Shown here piece after piece: positions 39,541 to 48,787 of a DNA stretch of 64,000 nucleotides. Numbering within the stretch: position 1 is the first letter of the stretch; each line of letters starts with the position of its first letter. Origin of the DNA: Polyangiaceae bacterium (GTDB lineage Bacteria; Myxococcota_A; Polyangia; Polyangiales; Polyangiaceae). The position numbers and the translations under genes are program-made. Under the pieces are notes generated by a model. That model saw only the letters and a list, made by a program, of their open reading frames with translations, was not told the DNA's origin and made no database searches. Location of the stretch: contig JBILLK010000013.1 in the NCBI GenBank assembly GCA_044376115.1, positions 64,001-128,000 on the forward strand. Direction: 5' to 3'.

Positions 39541-40347
39541 TCAGCGAGTGAGCAGCGTTCCAGAGCCAAGGAACTGTGGAGGCCAGTTAAGGCCTGGAAG
39601 CGGCAGCGCGATACGCTCCAGCGACGACCACCAGGGTGCTCCCGCCTTCCACTCCATCACCACGTGGAGGTCGTAGCGAGTGAACGTGAAGCGGAGGCCG
39701 GTGGGGGTGCTTTCGATTTCCTGAGTCGCTGGTGCCGCGTCAACCACGAAGGGGACGCTTCCGAAGGTCGCTGGGGTCGGCAAAACCGGGAAGTCCTTGA
39801 TAAAGGCACCTCGGTCTCCACCGAGATACGGCACCGCCGGATTGGTCTCATCCCCTTGAGCGACCGCCTTCCCTTGCTCATCCTCCAGTCGGAGGAAAGA
39901 GAACGGCTTGGCACGGTAAAGCCCATAATACTGCAACTTGTCTCCATCATCTGCGCCTCGTATGTCGAGGCGATAGACGCCCTCAGCGTCCGTATCGGAC
40001 GGCACGGCGGTAACGCGAAACTCAAACTCCACGGTTCTGAACTCAGGCCCTTTGTAGGGGCCGCGCACGGGGATTCCGTGGACCTGCGTCTTCATCGATA
40101 CACGCCACTTGTCGCCAACTTTCCAGGCCGGGGGAAAGACCCGCTCGATCGGTATCGTTGGTTGGGTCACCGTCGGCTTCGTCGGTTGTGACACCGAGCT
40201 CGCAATATCGTTGGTTGGGTGGGCGGGCGCATCCACACAGGCAGCATGGATACAGACCGTGAGTGCGCACCAGGCGGACAATGAATATGGGACTGGCGAT
40301 GACTCTCCCGGAATTCGGCCGGCGTCGAACGACGCTTCGTAGGACAT
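39541..40347 (-). CDS. Paralog of the putative immunity lipoprotein fused in frame to the first ~22 codons of vgrG
   Basis: MSYEASFDAGRIPGESS (vgrG start) joined to ALTVCIHAACVDAP...; 40280-40410 matches 38332-38462. Confidence 0.85.
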   Translation of the reverse strand: MSYEASFDAGRIPGESSPVPYSLSAWCALTVCIHAACVDAPAHPTNDIASSVSQPTKPTVTQPTIPIERVFPPAWKVGDKWRVSMKTQVHGIPVRGPYKGPEFRTVEFEFRVTAVPSDTDAEGVYRLDIRGADDGDKLQYYGLYRAKPFSFLRLEDEQGKAVAQGDETNPAVPYLGGDRGAFIKDFPVLPTPATFGSVPFVVDAAPATQEIESTPTGLRFTFTRYDLHVVMEWKAGAPWWSSLERIALPLPGLNWPPQFLGSGTLLTR

Positions 40348-40439
40348 GGGCCGGCGGGAAGTTATCAATCCGCCAGATTCGCGCAAGCAGCTCATAGAGC
40401 CGTAAGCGAGACGGGTCCCCTCACTGCGCGCGATACCGT

Positions 40440-41123
40440 TCAATCGTCGAACTGCGGACGCAGCGTCTCGATCTCGGCCAGGAGCGCGGCCTGCTCCCTG
40501 CGTCGTTGGAGGACTCGAGCGCCTGGGCGAGGAGCATCCCTGACCGGGGAGGTTACCTTCTTGGCCAGCAGCAAGCGGCGCGTCTCCTCGGCGAGGCGTG
40601 GGCGATGACGCCCGAAGGCCCGCCCGCGTCGCCGCCGCTGCTCGGAGTGACATTGGGCGGGGCGATGGTTTATCGCGGGCCCCAATGTCGCTACCTCCGT
40701 TCGGTGGGCAGCGCTGGGCGACGAACATGCCGCGATTATTCGAGGGAATCGCACAGGGGCCGCTGCCCTCGTCGGCCCGCACTGGTCGAAAAGGTCGCCG
40801 CACCGGTCGCCGCCGGTGCTCGCAGCGACATTCGCCGGGGCGATGGTTTATCGCGGGCCCCAATGTCACTGCAGGGCGCGGAGTTCGACCTTCCTAAGCG
40901 TGATAGCGAAGTAACCGCCTGGGGCTGCGCTAGCCCCCCTCGGTTAGTTCGCTATACGGGCGGTTCTTTCGCTAAAAGTGAGGGTTCTTTCGCTTAGCGG
41001 CCGCGGTAACCCGCCCAACGCACCAAGTTTGGCCAATATCTAGGTAGCGACGCGCATCGGGGCTCATCGGATGCGAAGTAACCGCCAGGGGCTAGCGCAG
41101 CTCCCCCGGGTTAGTGCGCATTG
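40440..41123. repeat. TPR-gene remnant plus composite block C-C-D-core-D
   Basis: Remnant at 40440-40530; C at 40645 and 40823; core at 41032. Confidence 0.9.
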
Positions 41124-41175
41124 GTCGCAATGGGCCACGCGGCTCACACCTCGCGCGCGCACCGCGCGCTACCGC

Positions 41176-41784
41176 TCAATCGTCGAGTTGCTGGCGCAGC
41201 GTCTCGATCTCGGTCCGGAGGGCGGCCTGCTCGGCTGCGTCGTTGGAGGACTCGAGGGCCTGGACGAGGAGCATGCCCTGGCCGCGGAGGTCGCCCCTCT
41301 TGGCCATGGCGCGCGCCATCGCACGCAAGACCGGCACCTTGTTGGCGTCGAGCGCGAGCACCTGCTGGAAGTAGGCCACAGCGTATTCGGGGCGCTCGAG
41401 TTCTTCGCCGTACCAGCGCGCTAGCAGGAAGCAGATTGCGATTTTGCGCGTCGGCTCCTTCTCGGCAGCTTCCCAGCCATTCACCGCTTGGATGAGCTCG
41501 GCCCAGCGGCCGGTACGCTTCGCGAGCGCCGCCAATTCACGATCGGTGGTCGGGTTGTCGACCTCGAGTTCCAACGCCACCAGCAGCGCGTCGAACGCTT
41601 GGTTGGGGTCGTCGAGCAGCGTGTCGAACACGCGGGCGATCTTGCACAATAGCTCGGTCTTCTCGCGCCCCGCCGCCCCCGCGTCGATGCGGCGGAGGTA
41701 GAGCTCGATGAGCTCCACGCCGTTACCAGCCTCCAGCAGCTGCTTCTCTTCGGCGAGGAAGGACGCATCGCTCGCGTTGCTCAT
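41176..41784 (-). CDS. TPR-like helical protein resembling repeats of giant myxobacterial TPR proteins
   Basis: 202 aa; ELLCKIARVFD..LDDPNQAFDALL, GRWAEL, LARWYGEELERPEYAVAYFQQVL. Confidence 0.75.
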   Translation of the reverse strand: MSNASDASFLAEEKQLLEAGNGVELIELYLRRIDAGAAGREKTELLCKIARVFDTLLDDPNQAFDALLVALELEVDNPTTDRELAALAKRTGRWAELIQAVNGWEAAEKEPTRKIAICFLLARWYGEELERPEYAVAYFQQVLALDANKVPVLRAMARAMAKRGDLRGQGMLLVQALESSNDAAEQAALRTEIETLRQQLDD

Positions 41785-41804
41785 CGTGGGAGCGTAACCG
41801 AGCT

Positions 41805-42259
41805 TGGTTTATCGCAGGCCCCAATGTCACAGCCGCGCGCCTGCGACGTAACCGCCTGGAGCTGCGGCAGCCCCGCCGACTTGCTTCGCATCCTGCGACG
41901 TAACCTCCTGGAGCTGCGGTAGCCCCGCCGACTTGCTTCGCACCCTGCGACGTAACCTCCTGGAGCTGCGGCAGCCCCGCCGACTTGCTTCGCATCCTGC
42001 GACGTAACCGCCTGGAGCTGCGGCAGCCCCGCCGACTTGCTTCGCATCCTGCGACGTAACCTCCTGGAGCTGCGGTAGCCCCGGCGGTTAGTTCGCTAAA
42101 CGGGAGGGCTATTCGCTAGAAGGGAGGATTATTGGGAGGGGCACCGCGGCCAGCGCAGCAAATCTGGCCAATATCTAGGTAGCGTCGGGCGTCTGGGCTC
42201 GTCGAATGCGACGTAACCGGCTGGAGCTAGCGCAGCTCCCCCGAGCTACTTCGCATTGG
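41805..42259. repeat. Partial C, five tandem 52-bp D units, core, D
   Basis: Units at 41840, 41892, 41944, 41996, 42048; core at 42167. Confidence 0.92.
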
Positions 42260-42395
42260 GACGGCCCGGCTCTACCAAGTAAGCCTCGCCGCCTCGCGCC
42301 CGCTTCCGGCCGCCGGGCGCGACCGCTCCCAACGCGGGAGTGCCCCTACCAGAAGCAGTTGCGCCGAGTCGCGTGGCGATGACCTCGTTGTTTCG

Positions 42396-42701
42396 GTGGT
42401 CTGCGGGCCCAATCGCAAGAGCGCAAAGAAGCCGTCGGACGTCGTCGATAACTATCCCCCGACGCAGGTCTTTGTCTTCTATGAGGACAAAGACTCCGCG
42501 TCCGCGCTTCTTGCCAGCAAAGAGAAGTTTGAGAAGGCGGGCTGGCAAGTGGTTTTGGCGAAGTCGATTGGCGACGGCGAATCGACAGTGTTCGGCGCCA
42601 CGGCAACCAAAGACGGCACCACCATCGAGATCACAGTCAACCGCAACGATTGGGGGACGCAAGGTTCGTTCACGCTCGAGGAGCCCAAGCCGAAGAAGTA
42701 G
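42396..42701 (+). pseudogene. 5-prime-truncated hypothetical gene
   Basis: Protein-like frame (FEKAGWQV...KDGTTIEITV) with no good start, immediately after a repeat block. Confidence 0.45.
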
Positions 42702-42820
42702 CTGCTGGTAATCGGGCAGCGGCCTTCATTCAGCGAGGCGGCTCGCATCGTCAATCGGCTTCCGCTGAGCCCTTCCCGCCTTCGGCGGAATAGGTTCGGC
42801 TCGAGGGGCGTACGGTCTCG

Positions 42821-43546
42821 ATGGTTCGGCGCGCTTCACTGCTGTGCGCGGTGGCGGTCTCGTCGCTTGCGGCTTGCTCCACCGCGGGCGACTCGAACAG
42901 CACGCGTGCCACGGCGAGCGGCCCCAGCGCGCAGGCCGCGCCCACCGGCTCGGCGAGCCCTGCTGTGCAATCAGCGCCGTCAGCGTCGTCCACCGGCTCG
43001 GCGAGTTCTGCTGCGCCGTCAGCGTCGCAGCGCAAGCTTCCGATCGTGAGCGACGTCGCGCTCCAGCCTGCTTCAGACCGGGCCTCTGCTCGTTGGCGTT
43101 CCTGCAGCAACATCGCCGTGCAGAAGTTCCCTCGCGTGCTCAAGCCGAATCAACGAGGGCAGTGCGTGATCCTGAAGGGCTTCTGGGGCTCGGGCGCGGC
43201 GCTGGTTCCGGAGCGGCGGGATGACGGCGAGGGCTTCCGTGTGCTGCGGCCCTTCTCCTTCGTAGACGAGCCGAACCCTTCGCTGGGCTCCCCGGAGTGG
43301 AGCGCGCTCACGGCGCTGCTCGTGGATCAAGGCTGGGTCGCCGAGAGCAAGGTCGATTCGGTGACCTGGTCGAAGACTCGCGACTTCGCGCAGCTGGTTG
43401 TGCTCGTGGGCGTGGTTTGGCCGGCCCCTCGCGAGGTGGAAAGGCTCTGGGAAGCGCTGAGTGAATGGAAGCTGCCAATCGATGACTCCGGACCGTACGG
43501 AGCGAGCAAGGCGCCGTTCGTGTTGGAGGAGCTGACAGCCGATTGA
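42821..43546 (+). CDS. Lipoprotein with SURF1-like soluble domain
   Basis: LAAC lipobox; VILKGFW, GFRVLRPF, LLVDQGWV, VVLVGVV. Confidence 0.55.
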   Translation: MVRRASLLCAVAVSSLAACSTAGDSNSTRATASGPSAQAAPTGSASPAVQSAPSASSTGSASSAAPSASQRKLPIVSDVALQPASDRASARWRSCSNIAVQKFPRVLKPNQRGQCVILKGFWGSGAALVPERRDDGEGFRVLRPFSFVDEPNPSLGSPEWSALTALLVDQGWVAESKVDSVTWSKTRDFAQLVVLVGVVWPAPREVERLWEALSEWKLPIDDSGPYGASKAPFVLEELTAD

Positions 43547-43582
43547 CCCTCGATTTCTGTCGAACGCGATGCTGTTTCCGAC

Positions 43583-44107
43583 GTGATGAAACCGACCAAG
43601 ATGCTGTTCGGGACGCGACTGAGCGGCACCACCAAAGGACCAGAAGTCGTTCGCACGAATCCCTTCACGGGTAAGCCCCTCAAACTCGCCTTGGAGGTGG
43701 TGAGTGAGGCGGAGGCCGAGGCCAGCAAGGGCGTCCTTACTCGCTATGGGGCCAAGCTCACGAAGGGCGTCTATCGGCTGAAGCTCGCGGACGGGACCAC
43801 GGTCGAAGTCGTGATGAGCGAAGAAGAAGACGACCCGGCGTGGACGGTAGCGTTCAGCGCGTTTCTCCAGGATCTGAGCGGCGAGGTGATGACCTTCCTG
43901 TTCGAACTCTGTTCCGCTGGCAACTTGTGCTTGGACGGAGACGATCTCGGGCTCGTGACGACTGCCCAAGCCATGGAACGAAGTGGAGCTCGAGGAGCTG
44001 CGCTCGCGCGGTCGCCCGAAGAGCTTGAGCGCGGGCTCAAGGAGGGCACGGTCGAGCCCAAGCCGAAGCGGAAGGCTCAGCCGCGTTCGCGCGCGAAGAA
44101 GCCGTGA
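43583..44107 (+). CDS. Hypothetical protein
   Basis: 174 aa ORF co-oriented with the upstream gene; NPFTG motif. Confidence 0.65.
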   Translation: MMKPTKMLFGTRLSGTTKGPEVVRTNPFTGKPLKLALEVVSEAEAEASKGVLTRYGAKLTKGVYRLKLADGTTVEVVMSEEEDDPAWTVAFSAFLQDLSGEVMTFLFELCSAGNLCLDGDDLGLVTTAQAMERSGARGAALARSPEELERGLKEGTVEPKPKRKAQPRSRAKKP

Positions 44108-44150
44108 CGCGAGAAGCCACGTTGGTCGAGCCCAGCCTCGCTCGCTCGCT

Positions 44151-44252
44151 GGGGATCGAGGGTCGAACTGGACGTTTTGTTGAGAAAGGGCGCCGATCGG
44201 CCGGGGATGGGCGGCTGAATTCAACAAAACGTCCAATTCGAGGGCCCATCCC
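44151..44252. repeat. Repeat family A
   Basis: Matches 2121-2221. Confidence 0.9.
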
Positions 44253-44334
44253 GGCGGACGCCAGGCCCACGGAATAGCCTGCTGGGCTCTCGCGTATGCT
44301 GCCTGCATGACTACCCGTTCGAGGGGCCGCGGCG

Positions 44335-44781
44335 GTGAGCGCGGCGCCGCTCGCGGCGGCCATCAAGGATGGGCTGTGTTGGGGATACTTCAGCGACGTG
44401 ACTGCGGAGAAGCTGGCGGCCTCGATGCAAACCTGCGCAAACGCGCTCGGCTCGACTGCGTTCGCGGTCTCGTTGCAGCTCTTGAAAGGTCAATGCACCG
44501 TCGAGGTCGGCGCCGGGCGCATCGGGGAGCGCGCCTTCGTCCGCACCGACGAGACGTACGCGACGCAAGTGATGGTTGGAGGCGGCGAGACGACGATGGG
44601 GGTCGGCTCCAAGCTCAATGCGTTCGAGCTGGCCGGCGACAAGCTCACGCCGCTCTTCAGCGGACAACCGTGCGACGCGCTCGACGATCCAAAGGTCGAA
44701 GTGATCGGGAGCATCTCGAAGCAGGCGCGCGATGAGTGGAAGACGTACCCGAAGGAGCTCAGGCAGTGGTTCTGTCAGTAG
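44335..44781 (+). CDS. Hypothetical protein (start uncertain)
   Basis: 148 aa protein-like ORF between A and B repeats. Confidence 0.55.
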   Translation: MSAAPLAAAIKDGLCWGYFSDVTAEKLAASMQTCANALGSTAFAVSLQLLKGQCTVEVGAGRIGERAFVRTDETYATQVMVGGGETTMGVGSKLNAFELAGDKLTPLFSGQPCDALDDPKVEVIGSISKQARDEWKTYPKELRQWFCQ

Positions 44782-44830
44782 GGACGCTGGACGAGGAGCA
44801 AAGCGAGAGCGAGACGAGGAGCACGCGAGG

Positions 44831-45007
44831 ACCATTCGGCCCGAGATGGTTTATCTCAGGGCGAAAGGGCGTGGTGCCGGGCGGCGATTGCATCCTCGGA
44901 GTGCGGCGCTATCTCGAGACCCGTAGAATTCGCGCAGGACACTGGGAGCTTGGGCGGAGGCCATGGCGCTTGGTGCCGGAGATAAACCATCTCGGGCAGA
45001 AAGGGCG
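44831..45007. repeat. Divergent family B doublet
   Basis: cccgagatggtttatctcaggg and ccggagataaaccatctcggg hairpins. Confidence 0.75.
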
Positions 45008-45138
45008 TGCGGCCGGGCCAGGAGGGCTCCGCATGCTCGAGGCCGAGGTGCACTTCAATCCTGGCGAGCCTCGCATCGTGGTCGAGCAACCGCGCGGCCT
45101 CGAGGGTTCGACTCTTGATGATCGTAACGACTGCGAGC

Positions 45139-45660
45139 CTAGCCGCCGTCCGACACGCGAGCGACGCCGCGCTCGTAGCGGACGCTGAGACCCCTCACCT
45201 CGGCCAGGCTAACGAGCGCGTCATAAGGCTCGACGTCGCGCAGTGTGACGGTCACCAGGCTCGAAGGACAATCCAGCACCAGGTTGAAGCGCCCGGCGTC
45301 GGAGAGCAAACGCGCCACGTCCTCGAACGGGGCGGCGCGCAAATCGAGCGATATGCGGGCCCGAGGCGGCGGACGCGTGGCATGCGTTGGCGGCTCGGCC
45401 GCAGCGATGCGCGTCGTTTCGAAGCTGCGAATGAGCGTGTCCGACTCGAACAGGCGCGTCGAACCGACGTCGCCCACCGCCTCGCCGAACGCGGGAGGTG
45501 AAGGAGGCGGGCCGGCCTCGCGGCGGGCGGGCCTCTCCCACTGCGAGCCGCGAGCGGTCAGCGGGTCGCCGTCCGCGAGCGCGCCCTCACGAGCGGTCCT
45601 CGCGGGAGCACAGCCCAGCGCGAACATCGGGAGGACGGCCAACACGAGCGGGTTCACCAC
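45139..45660 (-). CDS. Small lipoprotein with secretin N0/STN-like domain
   Basis: ALGC lipobox; RISLDLRAAPFEDVARLLSDAGRFNLV...VTVTLRDV.PYDAL. Confidence 0.75.
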   Translation of the reverse strand: MVNPLVLAVLPMFALGCAPARTAREGALADGDPLTARGSQWERPARREAGPPPSPPAFGEAVGDVGSTRLFESDTLIRSFETTRIAAAEPPTHATRPPPRARISLDLRAAPFEDVARLLSDAGRFNLVLDCPSSLVTVTLRDVEPYDALVSLAEVRGLSVRYERGVARVSDGG

Positions 45661-45808
45661 AGCCAAGGATCGAACCCCATTTGCGGGTCGACGCCAAGCG
45701 ATCCCTCCCCTCGGTTCCTGTTCGTGACGCGGTGCACACCGCCTTCGAGCCCTCGCTTCGCGATCGAATGTGTCTTGCGAAATGTCCGCAACTGTAGGAG
45801 GAAGGGGC

Positions 45809-46810
45809 ATGTCAACCGTTGGTCAACAAGCCGCACTTGCGTTGATTCTGGGCGTTTCCGTCGGGGTTGCAGGCTCCTGTGGTGGGGAGGACGAGAGCAC
45901 GACCGATGAGGCGCCCAAGGTGATCCTGGAGCCACCGGCAGAAGGCGAGGGCTTTCAGATCAGCATGGAGATGACGGTTCCTGCGGGGACCGAAGCGTGG
46001 CGTTGCAAGATTGGCCGGCTGCCGGCGGGTGACTCGATCTTCCGCATCAACCGCGCTGAATCGCGCCAGACCGACAACATCCACCACATGGATGTGATGG
46101 CGCTCGCGTTGACGCCGATCGATCTCCCGGACGGGGAGTACGACTGCGCGCAAATCTACGAGGACAACCCGGTGCTGATGGAGGAAGGCATCTTCCTCTA
46201 CGCGAGCCAGATCGGTGAGCAGGTCATCCAACTCCCCGAAGGCGTGGTCGCGCCCGTACCGAGCGAGATGGCTTACATGCAGGAGATTCACTTCGTGAAC
46301 AGCTCGAACGAGGACGTGGACATCTACTCCTACCTGAACGCGTACACGATCCCCGCCGAGGAAATGAAGGCGTCGATCTGGGGTGGCGTCGTGCGCGACG
46401 CGCACATCAACATTCCAGCGGCGAGCGAGCACAGGGAGTGGAGCCGTTGCGTGATGAATGAGGACGTCGACGTGATCTTCCTCTCGTCGCATACGCATCA
46501 GCTCGGTCGCGAGGTCCGCGTGCGCCGCTTCGACGGCGAAGCCGCGGGCGAAGAGATCTACGTGAACAACGATTGGCACGCGCCGCAGCTCAAGGATTAT
46601 TCTCCTCCACTCAAGTTGAAGAAGGGCGAAGGCCTGGAGTTCGAATGCTTGTTCGACAACTCCACCATGGACGAAGTGAAGTGGGGCTTCGCCTCGACCG
46701 ACGAGATGTGCCAAATCGGGATCGTGCATACCCCCGGCTCGACGACCGCCAAGTGCGAGGTCGTCGAAACGAGCGACGGGGTGATCGACACCACCGGCGA
46801 AGGCGGCTGA
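45809..46810 (+). CDS. Copper type II (PHM/DBH-like) monooxygenase lipoprotein
   Basis: HHM, EIHF, SHTHQLG and DEMC copper-ligand motifs; AGSC lipobox. Confidence 0.85.
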   Translation: MSTVGQQAALALILGVSVGVAGSCGGEDESTTDEAPKVILEPPAEGEGFQISMEMTVPAGTEAWRCKIGRLPAGDSIFRINRAESRQTDNIHHMDVMALALTPIDLPDGEYDCAQIYEDNPVLMEEGIFLYASQIGEQVIQLPEGVVAPVPSEMAYMQEIHFVNSSNEDVDIYSYLNAYTIPAEEMKASIWGGVVRDAHINIPAASEHREWSRCVMNEDVDVIFLSSHTHQLGREVRVRRFDGEAAGEEIYVNNDWHAPQLKDYSPPLKLKKGEGLEFECLFDNSTMDEVKWGFASTDEMCQIGIVHTPGSTTAKCEVVETSDGVIDTTGEGG

Positions 46811-46834
46811 GCTCGGGAGCGGCGCCGTCCCTTC

Positions 46835-47118
46835 GAGTGCTCATAGCGGACGCTGAGACCCCTCAGCCCGGCCAGGCTGACGAGCGCGTCGTACGGCTCG
46901 ACGTCGCGCAGCGTGACGGTCACCAGGCTTGAAGGACAATCCAGCACCACGTTGAAGCGCCCGGCGTCGGAGAGCAAACGCGCCACGTCCTCGAACGGGG
47001 CGGCGCGCAAATCGAGCGAGATGCGCGCCCGAGGCGGCGGACGCGTCCGGCGGCTCGGCCGCAGCAATGCGCGTCGTTTCGAAGCTGCGAAGGGGCGTGT
47101 CCGACTCGAACAGGCACG
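46835..47118 (-). pseudogene. Truncated copy of the STN-like gene
   Basis: Matches ~45175-45457; lacks the signal peptide and original stop. Confidence 0.85.
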
Positions 47119-47160
47119 CCGGCCGCTCGCTGTGCGGAAGGGGCTCGACCATGCGGCCCC

Positions 47161-47261
47161 GGGGATCGACGCTCGAACTTACCGTTTTGTTGAGAAAGGG
47201 CGCCGATCGCCCGGGGATGGGCGGCTGAATTCAACAAAACGTCCACTTCGAGGTCCCATCC
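47161..47261. repeat. Repeat family A
   Basis: Matches 2121-2221. Confidence 0.9.
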
Positions 47262-47325
47262 TAAGGACGCCAGGCGCCCGGAGCTGCCGCAGCGCAGCTC
47301 GTCACAGTCATGCTATCCACGCCGC

Positions 47326-47793
47326 ATGCGCTCACAGCTCTTCGCCGTCGCCGGGTCGGTATGGTTCATCGCCGTCGCAACGTTCGCCTGCGGCAATGCT
47401 CCCTCGCCTGCCTCGATCCCAAGCGCGACGCCGGGCGCCGAATGCGCGCCCGAGACGTGTGGGCCGGCGCCGGGTATGCCGGCGATGGCCTGCCCCGACG
47501 GCTCGACCGGCAACACCGGGCGCTGCATCGTGCAAGCAGGCGGCGGCTGCGGCTGGGAGATCCGCGAATGCCCGAGCGCGGGTGCGGCGGCTCCCGGCGG
47601 CGAGTGCGTGCGCGGTGGATGCAGCGGCACGCTCTGCAGCGAGCCCGGCAACGACATGGTGACCACCTGCGAGTGGAAAGCCGAGTACGCCTGCTACCAG
47701 AAGGCCGAGTGCAAACGGCAGACGGGCGGCGCCTGCGGCTGGACGAAGACACCCGAGCTCGACGCCTGCCTTGCGAACCCGCCGAAGGAGTGA
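47326..47793 (+). CDS. Cys-rich lipoprotein (eight-cysteine-cluster-like domain)
   Basis: FAC lipobox; CVRGGCSGTLC...TTCEW..EYACY...C.RQ..GACGW. Confidence 0.8.
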   Translation: MRSQLFAVAGSVWFIAVATFACGNAPSPASIPSATPGAECAPETCGPAPGMPAMACPDGSTGNTGRCIVQAGGGCGWEIRECPSAGAAAPGGECVRGGCSGTLCSEPGNDMVTTCEWKAEYACYQKAECKRQTGGACGWTKTPELDACLANPPKE

Positions 47794-47803
47794 GCGCGCC
47801 GCC

Positions 47804-48546
47804 GAGCGACGTAACCGCCTGGAGCTGCGGTAACACCCCGGCGCTACTTCGCTAAAGGCGCGCACGAGCGACGTAACCGCCTGGAGCTGCGGTAGCCCCC
47901 CTGGGCTACTTCGCTAAAATGGAGGGTTAACCCGCTAAACGGGAGGGTTCTGTCGCTAAAACGGGAGGGCAGCGCAGCAAATCTGGCCAATATCTAGGTA
48001 GCGCCGCGTATCTGGGCCCAACCAATGCGACGTAACCGTCTGGAGCTAGCGCAGCTCCCCCGGGCTACTTCGCTAAAGACGCGCCCGAGCGACGTAACCG
48101 CCTGGAGCTGCGGTAACCCCCCCGGGCTACTTCGCTAAAGACGCGCACGAGCGACGTAACCGCCTGGAGCTGCGGTAACCCCCCTGGGCGACTTCGCTAA
48201 AGGCGCGCACGAGCGACGTAACCGCCTGGAGCTGCGGTAACCCCCCTGTGCTACTTCGCTTAAATGGAGGCTTAACCCGCTAAACGGGAGGGTTCTTTCG
48301 CTAAACGGGAGGGCAGCGCAGCAAATCTGGCCAATATCTAGGTAGCGCCGCGTATCTGGGCCCAACCAATGCGACGTAACCGTCTGGAGCTAGCGCAGCT
48401 CCCCGGGGCTACTTCGCTAAAGACGCGCCCGAGCGACGTAACCGCCTGGAGCTGCGGTAACCCCCCGGCGCTACTTCGCTAAAGACGCGCGCGAGCGACG
48501 TAACCGCCTGGAGCTGCGGCAACCCCCCGGCGCTACTTCGCTAAAA
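47804..48546. repeat. Higher-order array of D hairpins with two cores
   Basis: 62-bp units at 47804, 47866, 48087, 48149, 48211, 48431, 48493; cores at 47986 and 48330; ~345-bp superperiod. Confidence 0.92.
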
Positions 48547-48587
48547 AGGCGCCCGGGCGTCGCGGCCCTCAACCCAGGAGCAGCCTT

Positions 48588-48689
48588 GGGGATCGACGCT
48601 CGAACTGGACGTTTTGTTGAATTCAGCCGCTCATCCCCAGCCGATCGGCGCCCTTTCTCAACAAAACGTCCAATTCGAGCTCCCATCCC
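48588..48689. repeat. Repeat family A with spacer in the opposite orientation
   Basis: Same arms, reverse-complemented spacer. Confidence 0.9.
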
Positions 48690-48787
48690 TGCGCCCTCCC
48701 CGCCTGCGGCCGCCCTCCCCGCCTGCGGCCGCCCTCCCCGCCTGGACCACCCTCCCCTCGCCTGCAACGCCCTCGCAGCAGCTGGCC

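Noticed and set aside
41840..42100. CRISPR-like appearance of tandem arrays (also 27667-27960 and 47804-48546)
   Set aside because: Units are contiguous near-identical hairpins with no unique spacers, and no cas genes are present.
24500..42260. Canonical integron
   Set aside because: No intI or attI in the window; the AAC...GTT distance in D is too short for attC and many copies lack GTT. Kept only as an analogy.
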